In this document: piece after piece, positions 21,109 through 34,202 of the stretch
Numbering within the stretch: position 1 is the stretch's first letter
Layout of the letters: each line of letters starts with the position of its first letter
Origin: an uncultured Hormoscilla sp.
GTDB lineage: Bacteria > Cyanobacteriota > Cyanobacteriia > Cyanobacteriales > Desertifilaceae
Direction: 5' to 3'
NCBI GenBank assembly: GCA_963921275.4
Contig: OZ001293.3
Span: 3,328,001 to 3,392,000, forward strand
DNA length: 64,000 bases
Translations under genes and position numbers: made by a program
Notes under the pieces: generated by a model
The model's input: the letters and a program-made list of their open reading frames with translations, nothing else
The model's database searches: none
What the model was told of the DNA's origin: nothing

Positions 21109-21482
21109 AATTTGCTTGTTGGGTAATGGTTAATTGTTAATGGTAGGGTGGGCACCGCCGGCACCGCCCACCGCTGGAGGTCTTTAACTACGAACTATTA
21201 TCCACGAACAAACGATAATCTGGGTAGACCTGACTCTACAGCGTCGCCATAAATTGGGCCGTCGGGGATCAATGGGGGCTATTTTTTCTATTCCTGCGCC
21301 TCTGCGAGCACTTCCTGGACTTCCTGGTAAAGCTTTGAACTGATGCGTGCTTCTTGTGATAAAATTGCTGATTGCTCCATTTTCCATTCGCCATAGCGCT
21401 GCGCGCACTGCGTATACGCAATTAGCACTTTTTCATTCGCAAATACAACTGCAAAAGTGAGATGCTCCCAATATCTGGCTCT

Positions 21483-22118
21483 TTAGGCCAGCACTTCTAC
21501 TGTGTTGCTGGGAGTTCCTTCTCCTGCCTGATTGCAGGGGACGATCCGATAGGCTAATGCCTCTCCTGACTGGCGATGGGATAAGACAACTTCTTGGTTC
21601 CGAAGGGGGGGCTGGGCAGTATTATTGAGCGCTGTTTCCACGGTTTGCCACACTCCCAAGGTGCGATTTAATTCTTGCACCTTATAGAAAACAACTCTCC
21701 CCCCTTTACGGGATCGCTGCCAAGTTAATTTAATTGTACCAGGCGCCGTGCGAATGGCTTGAAATTGCTCAATTGGTCCGGGAAGTTCTATCCTCCTTGG
21801 TGCGGAACGTCCCGCCCAACCTATGAGTTTCAGTTTATCGTCCTCTCGTTGGGTCACGGCTTCAGCATAGTAGATGTTAGACTTGAGCAGACCAATCAAT
21901 TTTTTTAACACTTCGTTTTTTGTCGTCACCGCTTGTTCTGCGGCTGATTTGGTGGCCACCACCTGATGCTGTGCTGATTTTAATTCGTTCAGGGTGTTTT
22001 GGAGTTGATCGACGGGAATGACAGGGGCAGGATATACTTCGGTATTTGCGGTAAAACCTAAGATCGCGTTTTCTGCCAAGGTGACTATTTCTATTTCAGA
22101 CTTGGGGAAGGTTGCCAT
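21483..22118 (-). CDS. Helical N-domain plus fibronectin type III domain protein
   Basis: C-terminal PGP..IKLTW..Y..YRIVPCNQAGEGTPS Fn3 pattern. Confidence 0.75.
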   Translation of the reverse strand: MATFPKSEIEIVTLAENAILGFTANTEVYPAPVIPVDQLQNTLNELKSAQHQVVATKSAAEQAVTTKNEVLKKLIGLLKSNIYYAEAVTQREDDKLKLIGWAGRSAPRRIELPGPIEQFQAIRTAPGTIKLTWQRSRKGGRVVFYKVQELNRTLGVWQTVETALNNTAQPPLRNQEVVLSHRQSGEALAYRIVPCNQAGEGTPSNTVEVLA

Positions 22119-22269
22119 TTTCGCTCACTTCAATTTATATTTGTCTCGTTACTCTTAGTCTAGACCGATAATACACCGATTTCTGGAAACCGGTGTAGAC
22201 AAAATCACAAGTGTCACATTATCTTAGACATTACACTGGACTATCCCTTGCTGTCAATTTGGCTTAGTG

Positions 22270-22365
22270 AAATATATGCTTTGCCCCAGAGCAAATATGC
22301 TTTGCCCCAGAGCAAATATGCTTTGCCCCAGAGCAAATATGCTTTGCCCCAGAGGAAATATGCTT
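22270..22365. repeat. About 4.5 tandem 21-bp units AGCAAATATGCTTTGCCCCAG; degenerate inverted counterpart at 60470-60570
   Basis: Direct reading. Confidence 0.9.
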
Positions 22366-22986
22366 TTTTCCATATTTGACTCGTTCCCGGGCGACCCCTG
22401 GGAACGCAGAACAGAGGCTTCGCCTCTTGTCACAAGGAAAGGAGCCCTATCGGTAAAGCAGATGCCACCCACGGCGAAGCTAAGAGCACCCATTGGCAGC
22501 CAGAGACTGCGTTCCGAGAGTACGAGAGTCGCACCTTAGCACGACCGGTAGTAACGGGCTTTCTGGGGAGGGAACTTGGAATACCCCCTACCTCTAATTA
22601 TCCCATAGTCGCTACCGGTGGTTTCTGGTGACGGAGGATGCTAGGTGGAAGGCAGCACGCCTGCGGTTTGCTTAACTTAAAAAAGATTTCTTTACAAAAG
22701 TTTACGCGATCGGGAGAGATTCTGGGGTTTTTTCCGCTAATATGAGTAGACAATAGTCCGGACAGTTCTGGTAACGTAGCTGTAAGGCTTACAGGGTAAG
22801 TCTTTGCTCGATAGAGCAATTTTTGGCAAGTTAGCCCTGGGGCTGACATTGAAAAAATAGCGCTGCGCGCCGCTGCGCGATAAGACAAGTAGGCTGCAAC
22901 CCTTGCATTGTCGTCGTTCTGAAGTCAAAAAACTGTCCGGAGTATTGAGTAGAGTTATATCTGTATTAAAAAAGGAAGTCTCAAAA

Positions 22987-25784
<2,798 letters not shown>

Positions 25785-26259
25785 TTGTTATCAGGGATTT
25801 TATCGAGAACGATTCAGGACTGGCGGTTCCTAGTGATTTTACCGTGATCCAATTCTAGCCCCAACCCAATGGGGATAACCGCTTCAAAACCACTACCGGT
25901 CCTGGGCCTAAACCCAGAACCGGTAGTCTGGCGGTGCGGTACTTCCCAGAGTCGGATTTTCGGGGTGCATCTATGGGACGTCAAGGACAAGATCGAGTCA
26001 ATTTTGCAGGAGTTGGGGTCAACCATTGTATCTTATCCTTGACAGAAAGTTCTTCTTCTGGAGGACTTGAGGGGTGACAACAGGTGCTTTCTGCCATTTT
26101 TGCACCAGTGTATCAGCCTGATTTCACCGGTTGGCGATGCGACAGGTCTGGTACAGGCTTTCGCTCCGGCGGACACAGCTCGCAAACCTCGCAAACAAAC
26201 TGTGAGGAGCATCTATTTGTCTCTTCACCCTACAACTTATTCTCACAGACAGACCAATT

Positions 26260-27612
26260 ATGTCACGACTTAGAAATATTCAAATCTACTTGAAGACTAT
26301 CGCTCACGCACATATCAGTGGAGAAAAGGGCATTGGGTCAGACTTCAGGATTGTTACGAAGCTCGGTACTGCAGCAGCCCAAATCCTAGAAATCATGGTT
26401 CCAAAGGATACTACCAAGACTGATATTGATTTTGAGGTCTACAACGCTACCCACAGTAGGAAATCTGCAACAAACCCATTCCTATCCTTACCTCTACAAG
26501 TATCAGTTACAGAGCGCGACGAAACACCTGATATAGCCTTGGGTTCTGCGTCCTGGCAGATTAATTTAGATCGGTTCTCTACTGCAGATACACCCAATGT
26601 GTCTCAGCAAACCCAGATTGACATTCAAGTCTCCGAGCAAGTGCCAGTAAGTCTTTCCCAGCAAAAGAGCGAAAATCTAGGTTTCTTGCCAACACCCACT
26701 GCCAAAATTTCAATCACCTACGAGGCTTTCGTTACCCTCTACGAGGATCCTTGTTTCAAGACTATCTTCGACGCCGAAACTACCAAAAAATCTATTAGTA
26801 CGCCTAACAGCGAAGAAACTGTTAGTAACAGCGAAGAAACTGTTAGTAACAGCGAAGAAACTGTTAATAACAGCGAAGAAACTGTTAGAGAAGCGATTTC
26901 ACTGATTCTTGCAATTGCTAAAGAACGGAATGTAACTGGCGACCAACTCGCTTACATATTAGCCACTGCGATTGATGAATCTAGATTGGGGAATGATATG
27001 GTTGAGGGAGAGAAGGAAGGTCAAGACTATGAGAATAGTCAATTTCTGGGTAATATCAATCCCGGGGATGGTGTTAAATACAGAGGCCGAGGCTATTCTC
27101 AATTAACCGGAAGAATAGATTATAGTTACTGGACTCAACGTCTTCAAACCGAAGGTTACCTGAGCCAAGAGCAGAGCTTGGTTGAAACGCCAGAGCTTGC
27201 TACCGATCCGGAAATTGCCGCACGAATTCTAGTTGTGGGTCTCCAAGAAAACACTTTCTCTCGGTTGACACCTGTTTCGGGTTATCCGGATACCCGTTTG
27301 GCCGATTATGTAAAGGAGCGCATGTCTCAGGAGATTTCTGAGGAAGAGGCGAGGCAAGAGGCCCGAGGTGTAGCGACAGATATTCTTGCTAGCGGGAGGA
27401 CCTTTGCCGATTTTATGCCTGATTTTCCCCAACCAGAGGAAAAAGAAGAAGTTGGCCTTAGTGAAGCACAGCAGGACCAGCTTCGCCAAGGTTTTGTCAA
27501 TGCCAGGGATATAGTCAATTCAGGAGACTCAGATAAAAATAGAGCTAAGATTGCTGGTTATGCTCTCAAATATTCAAAAGCAATCAGAAAGTCGGGATGT
27601 ATCGGGAAATAA
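26260..27612 (+). CDS. Protein with C-terminal GH19-like (lysozyme/chitinase) domain and NSEETVS x4 linker
   Basis: QLAYILATAIDES, LGNINPGDGVKYRGRGYSQLTGRIDY, ARDIVN; 21-bp tandem repeat 26806-26889. Confidence 0.85.
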   Translation: MSRLRNIQIYLKTIAHAHISGEKGIGSDFRIVTKLGTAAAQILEIMVPKDTTKTDIDFEVYNATHSRKSATNPFLSLPLQVSVTERDETPDIALGSASWQINLDRFSTADTPNVSQQTQIDIQVSEQVPVSLSQQKSENLGFLPTPTAKISITYEAFVTLYEDPCFKTIFDAETTKKSISTPNSEETVSNSEETVSNSEETVNNSEETVREAISLILAIAKERNVTGDQLAYILATAIDESRLGNDMVEGEKEGQDYENSQFLGNINPGDGVKYRGRGYSQLTGRIDYSYWTQRLQTEGYLSQEQSLVETPELATDPEIAARILVVGLQENTFSRLTPVSGYPDTRLADYVKERMSQEISEEEARQEARGVATDILASGRTFADFMPDFPQPEEKEEVGLSEAQQDQLRQGFVNARDIVNSGDSDKNRAKIAGYALKYSKAIRKSGCIGK

Positions 27613-28130
27613 GTCAAGGGCGGGATTTTCTATGGTCGAGTTGGCCAACTTGACTAGAGTCTCCAGTTTGCCTACCTTGATTCCCAGAGCGTAACGATAT
27701 CCATCTTGATCCCACATAAGATAAGCTCTGGAACATCTAGCCTGGTACGTATAGTCGGCAAAGTAGCCCGTGATATTTTGTGCCAAGGGGATGACTTCTC
27801 CTTCTAAAGGATCCTTAGACTCCGAGGCTAACTTCACTATCAAAACCCCCGGGGTGCAGACTGATTCCCCTGAACAATGTGGAGTGTACATCATGGATAT
27901 TCCATATCCTGTTGGTTCTACAAACCAGATCCTGGAGTAAAGCGGCGATTTTCCTGTATGTTCGATGACTCGTATGGGTAAGCGCAAGGGCGCAGAGATT
28001 TGTGCTTGAAGATCTTTAATTAAGGGTGCAAATATTAGATCGACTGGAGCCGTGCTCGTCGCGATTACACCGGTGTTGCCCAGTAAGGACATCATTCAAG
28101 CTTAAACGGAATCTCGATAAGATTTTGTTC
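27574..28130 (-). pseudogene. Degenerate tandem paralog of the 28016-28804 secreted protein
   Basis: Shares PLIxDLQA..PLRLP, GEVIPLAQNITGYFAD, WDQDGYRY; start codon changed (GCG vs GTG) and signal-peptide region frameshifted. Confidence 0.7.
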
Positions 28131-28804
28131 GCAAGCCGAATCGGATTTCCTGTTTTGAAGTTAAAGTATTCTCTAGAGATCGGCTTTAAGTCACTTAACT
28201 TGCTGATGAGGCTCTCGCCTATTCCCAAGCGATCAGAGGAGCGGGCGGGGAATGAGTCAAGGACGGAATTTTCTATGGCCGAGTTGGCCAACTTTACTAG
28301 AGTCTCCAACTCTACTAGAGTCTTCATTGTGTGTGGCCTCATTCTCAGATAGTAACGATATCCATCTTGATCCCAAATAAGACGGGCATTGGAACAGTTA
28401 TAGTGAGGCCCGATACATATAGAGTCGGCAAAGTAGCCCGTGATATTTTGTGCCAAGGGGATGACTTCCCCTTCTAAAGACTCCTGAGACTCCGAGGCTA
28501 ACTCGACAAAGAAAACGCCCTCAACGCAGACTTTCTTTATTTCGCACACTGAAAAGGCTCTCATGCGTATTCCATATCTTGTTGGTTCTGCAAACTGGAT
28601 CTTGGAGTAAATCGGCGATCGTTCTGTATGTGGGATGACTCCTATTATGGGTAAGCGCAAGGGCACCGAGGTTTCTGCTTGAAGATCTTCAATCAAGGGT
28701 GCAAATACTGGATCGACTCGAGTACAGGTAGTCGCAAGCACACTGGTGTTTGTCAGTAAGGTCAGCATCAAGCCTAAACCGAATCTCGATAAGATTTTGT
28801 TCAC
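28016..28804 (-). CDS. Secreted Cys-containing hypothetical protein
   Basis: N-terminal signal peptide; reads through into start of the paralog. Confidence 0.7.
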   Translation of the reverse strand: MNKILSRFGLGLMLTLLTNTSVLATTCTRVDPVFAPLIEDLQAETSVPLRLPIIGVIPHTERSPIYSKIQFAEPTRYGIRMRAFSVCEIKKVCVEGVFFVELASESQESLEGEVIPLAQNITGYFADSICIGPHYNCSNARLIWDQDGYRYYLRMRPHTMKTLVELETLVKLANSAIENSVLDSFPARSSDRLGIGESLISKLSDLKPISREYFNFKTGNPIRLANKILSRFRLSLNDVLTGQHRCNRDEHGSSRSNICTLN

Positions 28805-29090
28805 GATCTGATTTCCTCCTTTGAAGTTAAGGTTTCCTTCATTATAGGTCCTGAGTCATCTAATACGCTAGTCGCTTTCCTGATTTTGTACCGCCGAGAG
28901 ATCGAGTCACATCTTTGGATTTTGAAGAAATAATTTTGAATTGCGCGGAGTTGGGTCTCGCTTCCTACTTGTCAGTTTCTACTTATAATGGTATAAGATA
29001 ATCTTCGCGAACGGGCTTACCATCCAAAACGATAAGTTTTCTCGTTCCCAGGATATGCTTGGTAACGTGCATTTGAGGCTCTGCGGACAG

Positions 29091-29360
29091 TTACAAGTTG
29101 ATAGAACCTAGGGGTCTTGCTGATGTCACGGACGTGAGAATTGATATACCTCCGGCGATCCTTGTGGCAAAACCGATAGTAATATGTTCTATAGCAACCG
29201 CTGGCGCCATTTTTGCGGATCGCGCCTCGGAATGGAAAATTGAATATACTATCACTACGTCCTCTGAATAGCTATAGAAAATAGCATAGGGAAATCGCCG
29301 AACTAAAGCTCTACAGTACTCTTCATAAATCACTTGGTAGGCTTGAGGATGACGCCGGAT
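29091..29360 (-). pseudogene. ParE/RelE toxin 3' fragment
   Basis: RALVRRFPYAIFY..VIVYSIFH motif without N-terminus. Confidence 0.7.
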
Positions 29361-29543
29361 GACTTACAGTGGTTTTTGGTTACTGCGAGATGAGAATTGG
29401 GAATTGAGAATTGTTGATTATTTATTCATGTTCATATCGCAATTTTCTATTTGCCATTCACAATTTTCCATTAAACAAAACTGCGAGCGCACCTGGGGGT
29501 ATTTAGTGCGATCGCCTAAATAGTCCATAATACTTTTTTTAAT

Positions 29544-29744
29544 CTACCACATTCCCTGTTGCAGAGCATCAAACACGCGATTAACAAGCTGATATTCCGC
29601 CTCGCTAAGTGCATCCTTCGCTAACAGATTTGACATCAGTAACTCTTGGTCAAGGCGAGTAATCATGCGAAACTTAAATATGCGCTCAATTAGCTTTTCG
29701 ACATCAATTTTCGGTGCATCAATTTGAGCAAGCATTTTCATCAA
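29544..29744 (-). CDS. Small conserved cyanobacterial protein
   Basis: ITRLDQELLM..LS..E..LVNRVFDALQQG pattern. Confidence 0.6.
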   Translation of the reverse strand: MMKMLAQIDAPKIDVEKLIERIFKFRMITRLDQELLMSNLLAKDALSEAEYQLVNRVFDALQQGMW

Positions 29745-29931
29745 CCACCCTCTTTATAAAAAAACTGCATGATTCTAGTATCAGCGATTTTTTCCTATTT
29801 GTGAGTGATGGAGCGCAGATCCACTTGGTGACACTTACTTAAAAATCCTATGACGATCGTCATGGACAAATTCAAAAAAATGTGGTAATAGCTGTAACGA
29901 GCGGGTAAAATGACTAGATTTTGCAACAGGT

Positions 29932-30074
29932 AAAACTCATGGCACAAGCAAAGATTGGGATTATCGGCGGTAGCGGTCTGTACAAATGGACGTCCTCCAG
30001 GATGTAGAAGAAGTACAAGTTGACACGCCTTTCGGTCCCCCTTCTGACTCCATCATCGGAGGTACCCTCTCCGG
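29932..30074 (+). repeat. Degenerate duplicate of the mtnP 5' end (direct repeat with 33219-33362)
   Basis: About 143 bp near-identical with a 1-nt deletion. Confidence 0.95.
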
Positions 30075-30093
30075 AACAGACCACTGACCACGC

Positions 30094-30441
30094 CTAAAAA
30101 TACATTTTTGTCTGATAGATCTCAACTGGGTTATCATCTGGATCGAGGCATCTAAAAAATCGCCCTCCCTGTTTAGAAGAAATCTGCTGCAAAATTTTTA
30201 CTCCAAATTGGACCGCATTATTGTAAGCTGGCTCTAATAATTTGATTTCCAAGCAGATAGTAGCATTCCTCTCTAGAGTATTACTCGGTACTTCGCTGCT
30301 TTTGAGATTATTTAATTGCTGTAAGACAATGCGATCGCATCTCACTAAACCCTTTGATTCCTTTTCAACTTTTATACCTAAAACCCTTTCATAAAAAAAC
30401 CGTGCTTTTTCCAGGTTAACAACCGGTAAGTTAACTGTCAT
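30094..30441 (-). CDS. VOC/glyoxalase family protein
   Basis: LPVVNLEKARFFYERVLG and FFRCLDPDDNPVEI motifs. Confidence 0.85.
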   Translation of the reverse strand: MTVNLPVVNLEKARFFYERVLGIKVEKESKGLVRCDRIVLQQLNNLKSSEVPSNTLERNATICLEIKLLEPAYNNAVQFGVKILQQISSKQGGRFFRCLDPDDNPVEIYQTKMYF

Positions 30442-31865
30442 TTGACAGACATCAACCGGTTGTCTATCTCATACTGGTTTTCATCCTTCATTTCATTTTT
30501 CTGGCGTGACAGCTTGGTGATATACAAAGTTTGACCGTCAACAGTCCTTACTTTCCAATAATTTGCCACTGTTGTTTTAGATAAAGGCTGATGCTGTTGT
30601 CTATCAGATATATTAGCTTCTCTGCCATCTGGAATCACAACAAGATCGCCATTATTTGACACGGCAAGTTCTTCCAGGAAAGAATTAAGATGTTTTTTTC
30701 TAGTCTCAATAGCCATCTGAGCTTGACCAGCACCTTGATTTTTAACTAAATTTTCTGCCAATTCTCTAATATACCTAGCATCCTGAACTTGCTCTGCATA
30801 GTCACCTAACCATTCAATTCCATGGACAGCACCGAGAATTCCACCGGTCATGGATGCAATAGTATCGGTGTCAGCTCCAAAAGCGAATGCTGGGAATTTA
30901 AGACCATTAATTGGATCGGCGGCGTAGCGCGAAGCCAGAAATATGGCAGCAGCCGCACTCACGGTTCCAGCACCTTTATGACTGGAAAAACATCCTAGTT
31001 GGGTAAGTACCTCCCGATCAACTGGGAGGGCACCTTGTTTCATTCCCTGTTGGCATTGTTCCAGCAGCTTTTTCATCTCCTCAACAGTCGATCGCCAATT
31101 CTTTTGATATGCTCCAGCATTGACTTTTTTAGCGGCAGGTTTCCAGGTGGGGAAAATATCATCCAACTCTGGCAACTCCGACCAATACTTAACTTCTTCT
31201 AGCACTCGGTCAATAATTGCGCCGTAGGTCAGAGTATTTGTTTCTCGCAAAGCGATCCAGACTGCAAAGCTATAAACAAGAGCGCCAACTAATGCCCTCG
31301 GATGACCGTGGGTACAAACGCCATTCACAACTACATTCTTAGCAATGGAGCGAAAATTCGTTCCCGTTGCACCTAATAGACAGTGGGGCAAAATTCGCAT
31401 TGCCACACCATTACCACCCGCATTAAAGTATTTCTGATTATCTGCAGCTTTCGGAGCAGACCAAGGCTCTTTTCCAGCTAGCCATTGCTTTGCAGCTCGT
31501 GTTGTAGCTCCACCACCATTTCGTTTGTAACAAGTCCAAGTTGGCAGCTCCTTTTTTGTCAAGTGATGCCACCACTGCTGACCGAAAAGGAGGCTTCTAG
31601 CAGTGCAGAGGAGCAATTGAGTATCGTCGCTGTATTCCCCTGGAAGGATTACTTTTTCATGTGGATAATATTGACCTCCCGATCGGCGTACCCATCGTTG
31701 GAATCTATCGACTGGCGATTTTTCTGAAGAAGCTGCTTTCCGATCGATTCTTTTCGCTTCCATTTCTTGGGGCCATCCCAGTGCATCGCCAACTGCAGCG
31801 CCCAGAAATGCTCCTTGCGCCTTGGCAATTATAGAAAGCCCGTTGTGGCGATTATCATTAGTCAT
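30438..31865 (-). CDS. ADP-ribosylglycohydrolase (ARH/DraG family) with C-terminal extension
   Basis: GAAVGDALG, YSDDTQ, GNGVAMR, THGHP, DTDTIASMTG metal-binding motifs all intact. Confidence 0.93.
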   Translation of the reverse strand: MTNDNRHNGLSIIAKAQGAFLGAAVGDALGWPQEMEAKRIDRKAASSEKSPVDRFQRWVRRSGGQYYPHEKVILPGEYSDDTQLLLCTARSLLFGQQWWHHLTKKELPTWTCYKRNGGGATTRAAKQWLAGKEPWSAPKAADNQKYFNAGGNGVAMRILPHCLLGATGTNFRSIAKNVVVNGVCTHGHPRALVGALVYSFAVWIALRETNTLTYGAIIDRVLEEVKYWSELPELDDIFPTWKPAAKKVNAGAYQKNWRSTVEEMKKLLEQCQQGMKQGALPVDREVLTQLGCFSSHKGAGTVSAAAAIFLASRYAADPINGLKFPAFAFGADTDTIASMTGGILGAVHGIEWLGDYAEQVQDARYIRELAENLVKNQGAGQAQMAIETRKKHLNSFLEELAVSNNGDLVVIPDGREANISDRQQHQPLSKTTVANYWKVRTVDGQTLYITKLSRQKNEMKDENQYEIDNRLMSVK

Positions 31866-32578
31866 GTTTCATTCCTCTCAATCCAAAGTATTTCTTGAGG
31901 TCGCTTACCCAAATTAATCAAATTACTCAAATCATATCTTTTACTCCAAGTTGGAAACAGAGTTGGTGCGATTACAAAATCAAACCTATCTGATGGTTCT
32001 CCCAAAAGGTTCAGGCGTACCACCTCGTTTTTCGCTTGGGTTTCCGTTGCCACGGCTATTGCTATTATATCCGATATCCCAATTTTGTCTGGAATGAGAA
32101 CTTCGGCCTGGTTATCTGTGGGACAGCACGCTAAATGGTTATCTGAGCGATTAAATGTTATCTCTCTAGAGCCAACAACGGATTTGGCAAACATTGATAA
32201 AAAAGCATCTGCACCTTCGGCGATGTTCCTTCCATAATTAGAAGCAGCATTTCGCGGACAAAAACGAGTTCCAGGTAACCAGAGGTACTTAGGCTTGATG
32301 AACAGAACTACCCAATCTTGGAATATGCTTTCCCTAGAGCGAGCATTGTCAAAGTACCAGACATTGGGATATTCAATTGAACAACTGGTGTATCCATCAT
32401 GCCGGTCGTGTCTACCCGGGTCTGTTGCCGTAAAAACACTACCTTCTGATTTTAAATGTTTTGTCGCCAGGATGCCTCTGGTTCCAGTTAAAATGTGAAC
32501 GAGGTTTCGCGATGGGGTAAAGTGACAAAGCCTCGTTATTCCACGACTTTCTGCTTCGTGCTTAATCGCATCAATCAC
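31862..32578 (-). CDS. darT: DarT-family (DUF4433) DNA ADP-ribosyltransferase
   Basis: LCHFTPSRNLVHIL..GIL N-terminal motif, SIEYPN, NAAS, catalytic QAEVL. Confidence 0.85.
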   Translation of the reverse strand: MIDAIKHEAESRGITRLCHFTPSRNLVHILTGTRGILATKHLKSEGSVFTATDPGRHDRHDGYTSCSIEYPNVWYFDNARSRESIFQDWVVLFIKPKYLWLPGTRFCPRNAASNYGRNIAEGADAFLSMFAKSVVGSREITFNRSDNHLACCPTDNQAEVLIPDKIGISDIIAIAVATETQAKNEVVRLNLLGEPSDRFDFVIAPTLFPTWSKRYDLSNLINLGKRPQEILWIERNET

Positions 32579-32581
32579 CGG

Positions 32582-33136
32582 TTATACGATATCGGGGAGC
32601 CCTCTAAAGTAGGGCATATTTGCAATTTCCGGACCCAACTTAGCAATTTGTTGCGTATTCCGATAGTTTTCTTTAAATTCCCATACCTTGATGTCAAGTC
32701 CCGCCTCTCGCCAAGAAATCCGATGTCCATAAATCTGCTGAGCCACATCTCCGAAGAATGTCAGGGAACCATCAGCAGGAATTGCTTTAGCTAGCGATCG
32801 GATCATTTCTGGCGAGAAGTCTTGTCCTTCGTCAATCACGACTACGTGCCGATAGCGACAGCCAAGATAGCCCCTGGCAAACTTGTGGTAGTTCTCCACA
32901 ACTACATCAGCTATGCTGTCCTCTTGTAAATGTTTCAGGTAAGAGACCAAAACGCTGTTAAATGTAATTAACAGCGTTTTGCCGTGATGGTCTATCTTTC
33001 GATTGGCAAGATAGGCTGCTCTTAAAATTGCCAGTATGGTTTTCCCACTGCCGGCAGTTCCCAACACTGCTATGTGTCCCTGGGCTGGCAGGTATAGTAC
33101 TTCTTTTTGGCGACCGATCGGTTTTGGCAGACTCAT
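32582..33136 (-). pseudogene. Truncated UvrD/SF1 helicase
   Basis: Motifs I (GTAGSGKT), Ia (ITFN), II (DEGQD), III (GDVAQQIY), IV (NYRNT) in 184 aa; motifs V/VI absent. Confidence 0.85.
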
Positions 33137-33225
33137 GCTTTGACTACTCTGGACCTGCTCCCAAATCATCTATCTTGATTATAACCCAGTAAACTAGACA
33201 TGGCAACCAAATCTAGGAAAAACTC

Positions 33226-34113
33226 ATGGCACAAGCAAAGATTGGGATTATCGGCGGTAGCGGTCTGTATAAAATGGACGCCCTCCAGGATGTAGAAGAA
33301 GTACAAGTTGACACGCCTTTCGGTCCCCCTTCTGACTCTATCATCCTCGGCACCCTCTCCGGCAGCCGGGTAGCCTTCCTGGCCCGTCACGGTCGCAATC
33401 ATCATCTCCTGCCCTCGGAGTTGCCCTTCCGTGCCAATATCTATGCCATGAAGAGTTTGGGCGTGGAGTATCTGATCTCTGCTTCCGCTGTTGGTTCCCT
33501 CAAAGAAGAAGTCAAACCAATGGATATGGTGCTGCCCGATCAGTATATCGATCGCACCAAGAATCGAACTTCCAGCTTTTTCGGGAACGGGATTGCAGCC
33601 CACATTGCTTTTGGTCATCCCGTCTGTAGTCAATTAGCTGGAATTCTTGCCGATGCAATTGCCAATTTAGAATTACCAGATATCACCCTGCATCGCGGCG
33701 GCACATATATCTGCATGGAAGGTCCAGCATTTTCTACTCAGGCCGAGTCAAATCTTTATCGCAGCTGGGGGGCGACAATAATTGGCATGACAGCTTTGCC
33801 CGAAGCGAAGTTAGCCCGGGAAGCAGAAATCGCCTATGCAACCTTAGCTTTAGCAACTGATTACGATTGCTGGCATCCAGACCACGACCATGTAACCATA
33901 GATATGGTGATTGATTATCTCCGACGCAATGCCATCAATGCTCAAAATGTAATTCAAGAAACTGTCAAGCGTCTGAGCGCCAATCCTCCCCTGTCTGATG
34001 CTCACTCCGCCTTGAAGTTCGCAATTTTAACCCAGCCCGATTTTTCCGGAACGGTGCAAATGCCTGCGGTTACCAAGGATAAGCTAAAATTGTTATTGCA
34101 AAAGTATTTATAA
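33226..34113 (+). CDS. mtnP: S-methyl-5'-thioadenosine phosphorylase
   Basis: [34 protein letters not shown]. Confidence 0.96.
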   Translation: MAQAKIGIIGGSGLYKMDALQDVEEVQVDTPFGPPSDSIILGTLSGSRVAFLARHGRNHHLLPSELPFRANIYAMKSLGVEYLISASAVGSLKEEVKPMDMVLPDQYIDRTKNRTSSFFGNGIAAHIAFGHPVCSQLAGILADAIANLELPDITLHRGGTYICMEGPAFSTQAESNLYRSWGATIIGMTALPEAKLAREAEIAYATLALATDYDCWHPDHDHVTIDMVIDYLRRNAINAQNVIQETVKRLSANPPLSDAHSALKFAILTQPDFSGTVQMPAVTKDKLKLLLQKYL

Positions 34114-34202
34114 ATTAGGTTTGTAATTGCGCCTTAGCTCCTGTAGGTTGGGTAAGGGACCTCAACCCAACCTCTGCCATCTCGTTACCTGGGGTAACGC
34201 CC

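Noticed and set aside
33166..33633. 155-aa minus-strand ORF
   Set aside because: Antisense shadow of mtnP; likewise shadows over alaS, ycf45, TPR, sat, cpeBA and viperin
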